A DNA stretch of 28,159 bases from Candidatus Saccharimonadota bacterium (GCA_029237755.1 JAQZBT010000001.1:1-28159), one strand, 5' to 3'; shown: positions 7,065 through 16,726, counted from the first letter of the stretch. A program made the numbers and translations. The notes: generated by a model not told the origin, from the sequence alone.

Positions 7065-7532
7065 ATGAATGGTACAAAAAGTGAATTTCACCTGACAGCA
7101 GATGGTCTGCAGGCGCTCAAGGACGAGCTTCAAGAGCTCACGACGTCCAAGCGCGGTGAAATTGCGGAACGTCTGAAGGAGGCCAAAGCTGACGGCGATC
7201 TCAGCGAAAACGCGATGTATGACGCTGCCCGCGACGAGCAGAGTTTCGTAGAGGGTCGCATTTCTGAAATTGAACACATTCTCAAGCATGCTGCGGTAAT
7301 TTCGAACAAGAGTTCATCGGCTGTTGCCCTGGGTTCGAAAGTCCACGTCGAGCTGGAAGAGGGAGAGGTCGAGTACGTTATCGTCGGCTCGACTGAGGCT
7401 AACCCGGACAAGGGCTACATCTCCGACCAGTCGCCGATCGGCAAGGCGCTGCTCGGCAAGAAGAAGGGCGACGAGGTGCACGTTGACGTTCCGTCCGGCA
7501 CCATGACCTACCGCATCAAGCACATCGCCTAG
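7065..7532 (+). CDS. greA: Transcription elongation factor GreA
   Basis: GDLSENAMYDAA and ISDQSPIGKALLGKK motifs. ATG 7065 after AAGGAG preferred to the track's GTG 7059. Confidence 0.97.
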   Translation: MNGTKSEFHLTADGLQALKDELQELTTSKRGEIAERLKEAKADGDLSENAMYDAARDEQSFVEGRISEIEHILKHAAVISNKSSSAVALGSKVHVELEEGEVEYVIVGSTEANPDKGYISDQSPIGKALLGKKKGDEVHVDVPSGTMTYRIKHIA

Positions 7533-7556
7533 TTTTTACTATCGACACTTCGAATT

Positions 7557-7583
7557 AGCCGCTCTCGCTTGGGGGCGGCTTTT
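7557..7583 (+). terminator. Intrinsic terminator after greA, overlapping the lysS promoter
   Basis: AGCCGCTCTC-GCTT-GGGGGCGGCT (10 bp with G-U pairs) then TTT. Confidence 0.7.
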
Positions 7584-7587
7584 CCGT

Positions 7588-7593
7588 TAGAAT
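7588..7593 (+). promoter_or_regulatory. -10 element of a probable leaderless lysS transcript
   Basis: TAGAAT 7 nt upstream of ATG 7601; no SD. Confidence 0.6.
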
Positions 7594-7600
7594 GGGCGGC

Positions 7601-9133
7601 ATGACAGAACCGGTTTCGCGCGACTGGCTGGACAGCCTAGCCGAACAAGTAAATCAACAGTTCCCAGATGGGGAAGTGACCGTCTCAAGCGGCCACTCGC
7701 CGTCTGGCGTGTACCACGTCGGCACGCTGCGCGAGATCATGACGGCCAACGCCATTACTTGGGCACTGAAGCGGGCCGGCCGCCGTGCCAAGCACGTCGA
7801 CTTCGTCGATGATTTTGACGCTTTCCGCAAGGTGCCGGTCGACGTTCCGGAGGAGTGGAAGAAGCATATCGGAGTGCCGCTGCGGCTAGTGCCAGACCCC
7901 TGGGGTGACTGCCATGAGAGCTACGGCGACCACCGCTTGGCCAGCCTCAACGAAGGTCTAGTGCCCTTGGGAGTACAGCCGGACGAGCAGATCTCGGGTT
8001 ACGACAATTATCAGCAAGGGGTTTTCGTCGATCAGATCGTGGCTAGTCTCGACAGGCTGGACGAGGCTCGTCGCATCCTCACCGAAGTCGGTGGCCGCCA
8101 GCTCGACGAGCACTGGGCGCCGGTGCAGATCATGGACGATAATCACAATCTGCGCACCCGTAAGTTTTCCGGCTGGGAAGATGGGAAAGTGAAGTGGAAG
8201 GACCGCGAGGGCCAGACCGGGACGGTCGGACTCGACGAAGGCAAGGTGAAGCTCGACTGGCGGCTAGACTGGCCGGCCCGGTGGGCCAAATTTAAGGTTA
8301 CCGTCGAGCCCTTCGGCCGCGACCATGCTACCAAGGGCGGGTCCTACGACACGGGAGCCGTGCTAGTAGACAAGCTCTACGATGGTAAGGCTCCCTTCCC
8401 GGTGCCATACGAATTTATCAACTCGGTCGGACAGACCAAGAAGATGAGCAAGTCGTCCGGTGACGTGCTGACACCCAAGGATGCTCTCGATGTGATGCCC
8501 CCCGAGATCTTGCGTTACTTTGTGATCGGTTCGCGGCCGTCGCGCACGCTTAGCTTTGATCCCGGCCTCGGCCTGTACACGCTAGTCGACGAGTTTTCGA
8601 AAGTGGCCAACGGGGAGGCGACCGCGGCAGTGGCTTACGCCCACGCCGGTTCGTCCGCTGAAATGATCGCACAGGTGCCTTTCAACCATCTGGTGGCTGT
8701 GTACCAGGCGGCCCGTCAGCAACCGGTCGAGGTGAAGGCCATTCTGGAGCGGACGGGTTACGCCGAGGCGGCCAAGGAGCAGTGGCCGGTGGTCGAGCGC
8801 GAGCTGGCGTTCGTACACAACTGGCTCGAGAAGTATGCTCCAGACAGCGTGAAGTTTAAGGTCCATGATGAGCTGCCCGATGTGAAGTTGTCCGATGAGC
8901 AGCGCCAGGCACTGACCGAGTTGGCTCAGGCCATCGAGGCAAAGAAGCTCGACGGACAGGGCATGCATGACGCGGTCTACGCGGCAGCCGAAGCGGCCGG
9001 CATCAAGGCCAGTCAGGTGTTCCAGGTGATTTATCGAGCGCTTCTGAACCAGGACTCCGGACCGAAGGCGGGATGGTTCCTGGCCAGCTTGGATCAGGAG
9101 TGGCTAGTGGACCGTCTCCGCTTGTCAAAATAG
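7601..9133 (+). CDS. lysS: Lysine--tRNA ligase, class I
   Basis: SSGHSPSGVYHVGTLRE (HIGH-like), KKMSKSSG (KMSKS), DWPARW, EPFGRDH and GPKAGWF; all characteristic of LysRS1. Confidence 0.95.
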   Translation: MTEPVSRDWLDSLAEQVNQQFPDGEVTVSSGHSPSGVYHVGTLREIMTANAITWALKRAGRRAKHVDFVDDFDAFRKVPVDVPEEWKKHIGVPLRLVPDPWGDCHESYGDHRLASLNEGLVPLGVQPDEQISGYDNYQQGVFVDQIVASLDRLDEARRILTEVGGRQLDEHWAPVQIMDDNHNLRTRKFSGWEDGKVKWKDREGQTGTVGLDEGKVKLDWRLDWPARWAKFKVTVEPFGRDHATKGGSYDTGAVLVDKLYDGKAPFPVPYEFINSVGQTKKMSKSSGDVLTPKDALDVMPPEILRYFVIGSRPSRTLSFDPGLGLYTLVDEFSKVANGEATAAVAYAHAGSSAEMIAQVPFNHLVAVYQAARQQPVEVKAILERTGYAEAAKEQWPVVERELAFVHNWLEKYAPDSVKFKVHDELPDVKLSDEQRQALTELAQAIEAKKLDGQGMHDAVYAAAEAAGIKASQVFQVIYRALLNQDSGPKAGWFLASLDQEWLVDRLRLSK

Positions 9134-9159
9134 CGCAAAAATGGAATGATATGCGAACA

Positions 9160-9182
9160 AGGGGCCGGTAGCGCCGGCCTTT
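9160..9182. terminator. GC-rich hairpin after lysS; possible terminator
   Basis: AGGGGCCGG-TAGCG-CCGGCCTTT; short T-run. Confidence 0.45.
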
Positions 9183-9206
9183 CGCGCACATACGAGTAGG
9201 GGAGAG

Positions 9207-9707
9207 ATGAACCTCGACCAATTACGTGAGCGGTGCCACGTGGTGCCGGTAAATAACTATTGGGTACTGTTCGGCGATATCCTCGCCAATGAAGACCACG
9301 CCATGGTGATCAAGATCGATACGGTGTGTGAGGCTTGCTACTACTGCTGCATCGAGACGACGCGACGAGTGGTGCTGCCGACCTGGATCAAGGGCCGGTT
9401 ACATGTCAGCGCTGTCGTAGCGATGTGCGCGTGGTGCTACCAGGCTTGGGAGCGCTTGCCACTTGATGCGCCGTACGATCTACTTCTGGAAGCGTGCTGG
9501 CGCAATCGAGCCAGACGCTTGGGCCTGGTCTACGGCGGGGTAGGAAATACCGTGAGGACTCACGCGAATTTGCGGGAAGATCTATTCCCGGATTTAATCG
9601 CTCAAGCTCGTCAGCTCTTGCCCGAGCAGCCGCTGGCTAAACCGGAGCCGGTCTCACTGGAATCATGGCTCGCTGGGGTCAATGCTCTGCTGGACGAAGC
9701 GTCCTGA
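9207..9707 (+). CDS. Cys-rich hypothetical protein, possibly metal-binding
   Basis: 166 aa, SD AGGGGAG; CEACYYCC and CAWC motifs. Confidence 0.7.
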   Translation: MNLDQLRERCHVVPVNNYWVLFGDILANEDHAMVIKIDTVCEACYYCCIETTRRVVLPTWIKGRLHVSAVVAMCAWCYQAWERLPLDAPYDLLLEACWRNRARRLGLVYGGVGNTVRTHANLREDLFPDLIAQARQLLPEQPLAKPEPVSLESWLAGVNALLDEAS

Positions 9708-9724
9708 CTCCCGTAGCTCAGTCA

Positions 9725-9760
9725 AAGAGCCTGTATTCGGTTTACCGGATACGGGCTCTT
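9725..9760. other. 16-bp hairpin between the orphan and serS
   Basis: AAGAGCCTGTATTCGG-TTTA-CCGGATACGGGCTCTT (2 G-U pairs). Confidence 0.7.
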
Positions 9761-9810
9761 GCCACGTTTGAGTGGCAGGCAAGCCACGCTGGAAGTATAA
9801 TCGAGGCACT

Positions 9811-11043
9811 ATGATAGATATACGAGACCTCCGCACAAACCCTGACCAATACCGCCAAGCCGCCAAACAGAAGGGCATAGGTGAGAGTTCGGTGGATGCC
9901 GCGCTGAAGCTTGATGAGCAACGCCGCGAGCTGCTGGTGAAGGTAGAGGAGGGGAGAGCTGCCCTCAACGTCAAAGGCAAGCCGACACCGGAGGAGCTGG
10001 AGAAGCTGCAGCAGACCAAGACCGAGTTGGCTGAGCTCGAGGCCAAATTGGCAAAAATAGAAGCGGAGTTTGACGACCAGGTCGGCCGCATTCCCAACCT
10101 GCTCGCGCCCGGTACGCCCGAAGGTGGCGAGGAAGACAACCGCGAGGAGCGGCGCTGGGGCGAGCACGTCAAATTTGAGTTTGAGCCCAAGGACCACCTG
10201 GCGATTGCTGAGGCCAACGGTTGGATCGACTTCGAAAGCGGCGCCAAAGTGGCCGGCAGCAAGTTCTATTTCCTGTTTGGCGCGCTAGTGCGCCTGGAAG
10301 TTGCGGTCACTCAATTTGTACTCGACCTGTTGGAGCAAGAGGGCTTCGTGCCGGTGATGGTGCCAAACATGGTCAGTACGAAAGTGGCCTCCGGTACCGG
10401 CTATCTGCCGCGCGGCGAAGAGCGCCAAATCTACAAGATCGAGGGTGAGGACCTCAACCTGATTGCCACATCCGAGATGCCGCTGACGGGTTTGCACGCC
10501 GACGAGATTATGGATGCCAAGAATCTACCCAAAGTCTATGTGGGCTACAGTCCCGCCTACCGCATGGAAGCCGGCGCTTATGGCAAGTACTCCAAAGGCC
10601 TCTACCGGGTACATCAATTCAACAAACTCGAGATGTACGTCTTCTGCTTGCCTGAGGAAAGTGCCAAGTGGCATGAGAAATTGGTCAAATTAGAAGAAGA
10701 TATCTGCCAAGCTCTGGAACTACCCTATAGGGTAGTCAGAATAGCTGCCGGTGACATGGGCGGCGCAGCGTATGAGAAGTATGACGTTGAGTACTGGAGC
10801 CCGCTCGAGAACACCTACCGTGAGTTGATGAGCTGCTCCAATGTGACTGACTACCAGGCCCGGCGACTCGGCATTCGCTACCGCGATGCTGAAGGTAAGC
10901 CAAAATTCGTTCACACACTGAATGGTACGGCGGCCGCGTTTAGCCGGCTGCCCATCGCCTTGCTGGAGAACCATCAGCAAGCCGACGGCAGCGTGCACGT
11001 GCCCCTCGTACTGCAAAAGTATTACGGGAGGGACAGCTTATGA
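9811..11043 (+). CDS. serS: Serine--tRNA ligase
   Basis: MIDIRDLR start, LIATSEMPL, GLYRVHQFNKLE, ELMSCSNVTDYQARRL and HTLNGTA motifs. ATG 9811 lies 9 nt after a perfect TATAAT (9796-9801). Confidence 0.98.
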   Translation: MIDIRDLRTNPDQYRQAAKQKGIGESSVDAALKLDEQRRELLVKVEEGRAALNVKGKPTPEELEKLQQTKTELAELEAKLAKIEAEFDDQVGRIPNLLAPGTPEGGEEDNREERRWGEHVKFEFEPKDHLAIAEANGWIDFESGAKVAGSKFYFLFGALVRLEVAVTQFVLDLLEQEGFVPVMVPNMVSTKVASGTGYLPRGEERQIYKIEGEDLNLIATSEMPLTGLHADEIMDAKNLPKVYVGYSPAYRMEAGAYGKYSKGLYRVHQFNKLEMYVFCLPEESAKWHEKLVKLEEDICQALELPYRVVRIAAGDMGGAAYEKYDVEYWSPLENTYRELMSCSNVTDYQARRLGIRYRDAEGKPKFVHTLNGTAAAFSRLPIALLENHQQADGSVHVPLVLQKYYGRDSL

Positions 11044-11441
11044 TGAAGGTCGATTTGACCGCGCGGAACTATGAACTGGACGATAAAGTAAGAGCCTACG
11101 TCGAAGAGAAGCTCGGTGGACTCGACAAATACCTGCCGCGACATGTGCGCGGCATTAGTGTTTGTGACGTGATATTGACCGATGATCCCAGCGGCCGGGA
11201 AGACAATCGTTATGTCTGTGAAGGGATCGTGACGGTTGGCGGAACGAGACTGGTGAGCCGGGAAGGGACGATCAATATCTTTGCCGCTGTCGACATAGTC
11301 GAAGCCAAACTCAAATCTCAGATGGCCAAGTACAAAGAGAAGCACACCACTGAGCCGCGGCGACTGCGCATGCTGTCGCGTTTGCGCGGGCAGGGTCCGG
11401 ATCCTGAAACCACGCCGGTGGAGCCCGGCGCCGAGGCTTAG
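11040..11441 (+). CDS. hpf: Ribosome hibernation promoting factor (HPF/RaiA, S30AE family)
   Basis: VRAYVEEKLGGLDKY and NIFAAVDIVEAKLKSQMAKYKEK patterns; overlaps the serS stop; upstream of secA. Confidence 0.88.
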   Translation: MMKVDLTARNYELDDKVRAYVEEKLGGLDKYLPRHVRGISVCDVILTDDPSGREDNRYVCEGIVTVGGTRLVSREGTINIFAAVDIVEAKLKSQMAKYKEKHTTEPRRLRMLSRLRGQGPDPETTPVEPGAEA

Positions 11442-11495
11442 AGCCGTCACGATTTCTCTTAGGCCTCTCGAAGCCGATAGTGTATCCTAGACTGC

Positions 11496-14081
11496 ATGAG
11501 AAACCTCATAACAAAAATTATTGGTGATCCCAGTGTCCGAGAGGTGAAACGAGCTCAGAGCATCGTTTCGAAAGTAAATGCACAAGAAGAGGCCATGAAG
11601 GCCTTGTCCGATGCTGAACTTAAGGGCCTGACCGATAAATTCAAGGAACGCCTGACCGGCGGTGAATCGCTCGATAGCATTTTGCCAGAGGCATTTGCTG
11701 CGATTCGTGAAGCGTCCAGCCGCGTCGTGAACATGCGGCACTTTGATGTGCAGTTGGTCGGTGGTTTTGTCCTGCACAGCGGGAAGATCGCCGAGATGCG
11801 CACTGGTGAAGGTAAGACGCTGGTGGCTACGGCGCCCAGCTACCTCAATGCCTTGACCGGAAAGGGAGTGCACGTTGTCACGGTCAACGATTACCTGGCA
11901 TCGTTGCACGCCGGATGGATGGACCAGGTCTACCGGGCGCTCGGCATGACGACCGGCGTCATCGTCCATGATGCTGCCTTTATATATGACCCCGAATACA
12001 CCAGTGAAGAGCACGGTGACGACCGGCTGAACCACTTGCGTCCCGTTACCCGGGCCGAGGCCTACCAGGCCGATATTACCTACGGTACCAATAATGAGTT
12101 TGGCTTTGACTACCTGCGCGACAACATGGTCGACGACCTGTCGCGGATGGTGCAGCGGCCACTCCACTACGCCATCGTGGACGAGGTCGACTCGATCCTA
12201 ATTGATGAGGCGCGGACGCCGCTGATCATCTCGGCGCCTGCCAACGAGGCGACCGATAAATACTACGAGTTTGCCAAGCTTGCCGCCGGCCTGAAGCCCG
12301 AGCAGGACTACACTATCGACGAGAAGTTGAAGGCCGTCTCGTTGACCGATGAAGGCGTCGAGTCACTCGAGCGCAAGTTGGGCGTGGACAATATGTATGA
12401 GGCCGGCCGGATTGATGACATCCATCACATCGAGCAGGCCGTGCGCGCCCAGGCACTCTATAAGATCGACCGTGACTACGTCATCCGGGACGGCGAAGTT
12501 ATCATCGTTGACGAGTTCACCGGACGTTTGATGCCGGGACGGCGCTGGAGCGACGGGTTGCACCAGGCGGTCGAGGCCAAGGAGCGCGTCCAGATCCAGC
12601 AGGAATCGCTGACGCTGGCGACCATTACCTTCCAGAACTATTTCCGGTTGTACGAGAAGCTGGCGGGTATGACGGGTACGGCTGAGACCGAGAAGGAAGA
12701 ATTCTACAAGATTTATACCCTCGATGTCGTGACGATTCCAACGCACCGGCCGATGGTGCGCAAGGACCTGCCGGACCGGATCTACAAGACCGAGGACGGT
12801 AAGTTCCGCGCGGTAGCCAAAGAGGTCGCGGAGCTAAACAAGCAGGGCCGGCCGGTGCTGATCGGTACGGTATCGATTGCCAAGAACGAACTGCTGAGCC
12901 ATTACCTCAAGCAATTGAACGTACCGCACGAGGTGCTAAACGCTAAGAACAACGAGGCTGAGGCTGCCATCATCGCGGCCGCTGGTCAGGAGGGCGCGGT
13001 GACGTTGGCGACCAACATCGCCGGCCGCGGTACCGACATTGTGTTGGGCGAGGGAGTCGATAAGCTGGGCGGCCTGCACGTGCTGGGTACTGAGCGTCAC
13101 GAGTCACGCCGCATCGACAACCAGCTGCGGGGACGGTCGGGACGACAGGGCGACCAGGGTTCGAGCCAGTTCTACGTCTCGCTGGATGACGACCTGATGC
13201 GCATCTTTGGCTCGGAACGCATCGCCGGCATCATGGACACCCTGGGACTCGACGAAGAGACACCGATCGAGAACAAGCTGGTGTCGCGTTCGCTTGAAGG
13301 CGCCCAGAAGAAGGTCGAAGGCCACAACTTTGATACCCGCAAGCAGCTCGTGGAGTACGACGACGTCATGAACCGGCACCGCGAAGTCATCTACAGTCGC
13401 CGCCGCAAGGCGTTGGCCAACGAGAGCTTGCGCGATGACATCCTCGAAATGATCCGCAAAGAGGTCTCGGCGATGGTGCAGGCTCATACCGATGCCCGCA
13501 CGTCCGTGACTGACCACGATGCCCTCAAGGGCGCCGTCGAGGCGATCCTGCCCGTGGATGCGGAGCTGGCGGCCAAGCTGGAGCAGGCTCACCTGTCGGA
13601 GATGACCGACATCGTCGTGGATGCGGCTACGGAGTTGTACGACCGGCGGGCAGAAGAGTTCGGGCCGCAGGTGACGACGATGGTAGAGCGGTTTACTTAC
13701 GTAAACTCACTCGATCGGTTATGGATACAGCACCTGGAGGCGATGGAGAGCGTACGTAGCGGTATCGGACTGCGGGCGATTGGCCAGCGCGACCCGCTGG
13801 TAGAGTATAAGCGTGAAGGTTTCCGTATGTTCAAGCAATTGTTGGGACTACTCGATGCGGAGGTCGCGACGACTATTTTCAAGATTGAGGTGCGGCAGCA
13901 GCCGGAGGCACTGCCGGTAGAGACGGCCCTGACCCGGGCGGCGGAGCAGGCGAGTACCAATGTGAGCGGTGATGGCACTGAGGCCAATCCTCAGGGATCA
14001 CGAGCCGAGCGGCGTAACCGAGCCGCGGCCACTCCGGGAATGACAAGCGCGACCAAGAAAAAGCGTAAGAAGCGGAGGTAG
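11496..14081 (+). CDS. secA: Preprotein translocase ATPase SecA
   Basis: AEMRTGEGKTL, VDEVDSILIDEART and ERHESRRIDNQLRGRSGRQGD motifs. TATCCT 7 nt upstream of the ATG, no SD. Confidence 0.99.
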   Translation: MRNLITKIIGDPSVREVKRAQSIVSKVNAQEEAMKALSDAELKGLTDKFKERLTGGESLDSILPEAFAAIREASSRVVNMRHFDVQLVGGFVLHSGKIAEMRTGEGKTLVATAPSYLNALTGKGVHVVTVNDYLASLHAGWMDQVYRALGMTTGVIVHDAAFIYDPEYTSEEHGDDRLNHLRPVTRAEAYQADITYGTNNEFGFDYLRDNMVDDLSRMVQRPLHYAIVDEVDSILIDEARTPLIISAPANEATDKYYEFAKLAAGLKPEQDYTIDEKLKAVSLTDEGVESLERKLGVDNMYEAGRIDDIHHIEQAVRAQALYKIDRDYVIRDGEVIIVDEFTGRLMPGRRWSDGLHQAVEAKERVQIQQESLTLATITFQNYFRLYEKLAGMTGTAETEKEEFYKIYTLDVVTIPTHRPMVRKDLPDRIYKTEDGKFRAVAKEVAELNKQGRPVLIGTVSIAKNELLSHYLKQLNVPHEVLNAKNNEAEAAIIAAAGQEGAVTLATNIAGRGTDIVLGEGVDKLGGLHVLGTERHESRRIDNQLRGRSGRQGDQGSSQFYVSLDDDLMRIFGSERIAGIMDTLGLDEETPIENKLVSRSLEGAQKKVEGHNFDTRKQLVEYDDVMNRHREVIYSRRRKALANESLRDDILEMIRKEVSAMVQAHTDARTSVTDHDALKGAVEAILPVDAELAAKLEQAHLSEMTDIVVDAATELYDRRAEEFGPQVTTMVERFTYVNSLDRLWIQHLEAMESVRSGIGLRAIGQRDPLVEYKREGFRMFKQLLGLLDAEVATTIFKIEVRQQPEALPVETALTRAAEQASTNVSGDGTEANPQGSRAERRNRAAATPGMTSATKKKRKKRR

Positions 14082-14086
14082 TACCG

Positions 14087-15367
14087 ATGAAGGTGGCGAT
14101 CATCGGTTACGGCGTCGAAGGACAGGCCGCCCATAAGTATTGGGGCGCCAAGGGTGCGGATATTACGATCCGCGACCAGAATGAGCTGAAGGGACTGGCG
14201 CCTGGTGCGACCATCAAGACCGGCGATGACTACTTGTCGGGGCTGGACGATTACGATCTGGTCGTGCGCACCGCTAGCGTTAAGCCATGGCTGATCAAGA
14301 CTAAAGCGCCGGTGACAACCGTCGTAAAGGAGTTTACGCAGAAGTGTCCGGCCCGCATCATCGGGGTGACCGGTACGAAAGGGAAGGGGACTACCTCTAC
14401 ATTGATCGCCCGCATTTTGGGCGAGGCGGCCTGGCGGACGTGGCTGGGTGGCAACATCGGCACTGTACCGCTCGATTTCCTGAGTAAGGTGAGGGCGAAC
14501 CACATGGTGATTCTGGAGCTGTCTAGTTTCCAGCTCATGGACCTCGACCTGAGCCCGCATATTGCAGTAAGCCTGATGATCGAGCCGGAGCATATGGACT
14601 GGCACCGCAACCTGCGCGAGTACGTGGCAGCCAAAGGAAATATCTTCTGGCACCAGCGGCCTGAAGACGTAGCTGTCTACAATGCCCACAACGACTATTC
14701 CACGCAGATCGCCCAACTCTCACCCGGCACTCGGATCCCGTACCTCGAGTCTCCCGGGGCCAAGATTGAGGGTGACCGCATCGTGATCGACGGCGTTGAG
14801 ATTTGCCGGACCGACGAGGTGGGGCTGTTGGGACCGCACAACCTGGAGAACATCTGCGCCGCCATCACAGCGACCTGGCAGCTGGTCGAGCAGAATCCTG
14901 AGCCGGCGCGGCGGGCGGTCAAGGCCTTCACGGGTCTGGAGCATCGGCTGGAGCTCGTGCGCGAGCTGGGCCGGGTGCGCTACTACGACGACTCGTTTTC
15001 GACAACTCCCGAGACGGCCATCGCGGCGCTGAAATCTTTTGCCGAGCCCAAAGTTATTATTCTTGGAGGATCTGACAAAAAGTCGGACTACGCTGCACTA
15101 GGCAGGGCAGTGAAAGCTGCCAATGTCCGCTATGTGGTCTTGGTGGGGCAGATGGCAGGGAAGATCAAAACGGCACTGGAAGAGGCCGGGTTCAATAAGA
15201 TCATCATGGGTCCGAGCAAGATGCCGGAGATCGTGAGTTCCGCCCGCGCACTCACCGAACCGGGTGATGTAATCCTATTGTCACCGGCCTGCGCCTCGTT
15301 TGACCTGTTCGCAAACTACAAGGACCGGGGCGAGCAGTTCCAGGCGGCCGTGAAGGCTCTGCGCTAG
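14087..15367 (+). CDS. murD: UDP-N-acetylmuramoyl-L-alanine--D-glutamate ligase
   Basis: GVTGTKGKGTT, ELSSFQL, FTGLEHRLE, YYDDSFST and LLSPACASFDLFANYKDRG motifs. Confidence 0.97.
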   Translation: MKVAIIGYGVEGQAAHKYWGAKGADITIRDQNELKGLAPGATIKTGDDYLSGLDDYDLVVRTASVKPWLIKTKAPVTTVVKEFTQKCPARIIGVTGTKGKGTTSTLIARILGEAAWRTWLGGNIGTVPLDFLSKVRANHMVILELSSFQLMDLDLSPHIAVSLMIEPEHMDWHRNLREYVAAKGNIFWHQRPEDVAVYNAHNDYSTQIAQLSPGTRIPYLESPGAKIEGDRIVIDGVEICRTDEVGLLGPHNLENICAAITATWQLVEQNPEPARRAVKAFTGLEHRLELVRELGRVRYYDDSFSTTPETAIAALKSFAEPKVIILGGSDKKSDYAALGRAVKAANVRYVVLVGQMAGKIKTALEEAGFNKIIMGPSKMPEIVSSARALTEPGDVILLSPACASFDLFANYKDRGEQFQAAVKALR

Positions 15368-15439
15368 CGTTTTGCAATAACGGCCATATCGGTCCCATCG
15401 TAGTGCCTGTATCATTTTCCGCATTACAGAGGGCATTCT

Positions 15440-16726
15440 ATGAAGCATTCCGTATCTGAACATCATTTGGCCGGCGGTGCGTCGGGCCTGGTGATCGATG
15501 TCCCCGGCAGTGACGTTGTCAGTATCCAAGTACGATTTAATTCCGGATTCCAGTTTTCTCAACCGGATCTCTACGAAATTCCGCATGTGATGGAGCACGT
15601 GCTGGCGACTGTGACAAAGCGTCATCCGGGGCCCAACCAGTTCATCATTGACGCTCAAAAGAATGGGGCGTACGTCAACGCCAGTACCAGCGTTGACTCC
15701 AACGGCTACATCTATGAGTGTGCCGACTTTGAGCTCGAACGTATTCTGGATCTGGTCGAGGAGCAGCTGGCTGAGCCGTTGTTTGAGCCGGTCTCGCTCA
15801 AGGCGGAGATTGGAAATGTGCGCGAGGAGCTCACCCGTAATACCACCCAACATGCCACCGTGTGCTCGGTGCGTCTTGCCGAAAAGGCCTATCCCAACCT
15901 GTGGCTCGACTACGACGCCCGCATCGCGCAACTGGAGGGGATTAAGGTCGAGCATATCGAGAAGCACTACCACCAGACGCATACTTCGGCCAACTCCCGG
16001 TTTGTGATCGCCGGCAGTTTTCCGGATGGCGGAGCGAAACTGGCCAAGCGGCTGGACAAGATCTTCGGACGGCTGCCGGTAGGGGAGCGGAAGCCGCGCA
16101 GCCTGGAGATTGGGCTCAATCTGAAGTCGCCGATCGTGACGAAACGCGATATCCAGCAGTTGTACTACCGGGTAGTGATGTACTTTGGCGAGCTGACCGA
16201 GCCGGAGCGCCGGGCCATGACGCTGCTCAGGCTGATCCTGGTTGGCGGAATGGGCGCGCGCATCCTGGGTGAAGCCCGGCGGCGTGGTCTGGCCTATGGC
16301 GTCGGCGGAGCCGGTCACGCGGAGCCGGGCAATAGCTCATTCGGGTTTTTGGGCTATGTGACGCCAACCAATGCCGAAGCCTTGTTTGAGCTGATGGCGA
16401 GGGAGTTTGGAGCGGTGCGCGAGGGCAAAGTGAAGGAATCAGAGCTCCAGGCGGCCAAAGACCTGTTGATCGGATCATTGAAGCGGTCCACGCAGACTCC
16501 GGGAGATATCCTCGGATGGTACCTGGAACCTTATGACGAGGCCGGCGAGATTCGCGACTTCGGCCGGACGTTGGAACTTTTGCGCGGCGTACGGCTGGAC
16601 GAAGTCGTGGCTTTGGCGCGCAAGGCCAGCGCCGGGGAGAGAAGGGGATTGAGCTTTCTGGGCAGAGTCGACAAGGCCCTGGCTACTAGATACGCAGACC
16701 TACTGGAGCCCCTCTGGAGAGTTTGA
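15440..16726 (+). CDS. M16 (insulinase/pitrilysin family) zinc peptidase
   Basis: Inverted zinc motif HVMEH, NASTS, EIGNVREEL and RRRGLAYGV motifs. Confidence 0.9.
   Translation: MKHSVSEHHLAGGASGLVIDVPGSDVVSIQVRFNSGFQFSQPDLYEIPHVMEHVLATVTKRHPGPNQFIIDAQKNGAYVNASTSVDSNGYIYECADFELERILDLVEEQLAEPLFEPVSLKAEIGNVREELTRNTTQHATVCSVRLAEKAYPNLWLDYDARIAQLEGIKVEHIEKHYHQTHTSANSRFVIAGSFPDGGAKLAKRLDKIFGRLPVGERKPRSLEIGLNLKSPIVTKRDIQQLYYRVVMYFGELTEPERRAMTLLRLILVGGMGARILGEARRRGLAYGVGGAGHAEPGNSSFGFLGYVTPTNAEALFELMAREFGAVREGKVKESELQAAKDLLIGSLKRSTQTPGDILGWYLEPYDEAGEIRDFGRTLELLRGVRLDEVVALARKASAGERRGLSFLGRVDKALATRYADLLEPLWRV

Noticed and set aside
15281-16318. Long antisense ORFs over core genes (e.g. 15281..16318, 5381..6421, 22208..23185, 2774..3619)
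   Set aside because: Typical stop-poor reverse frames of GC-rich coding sequence; the sense frames carry recognisable family motifs.
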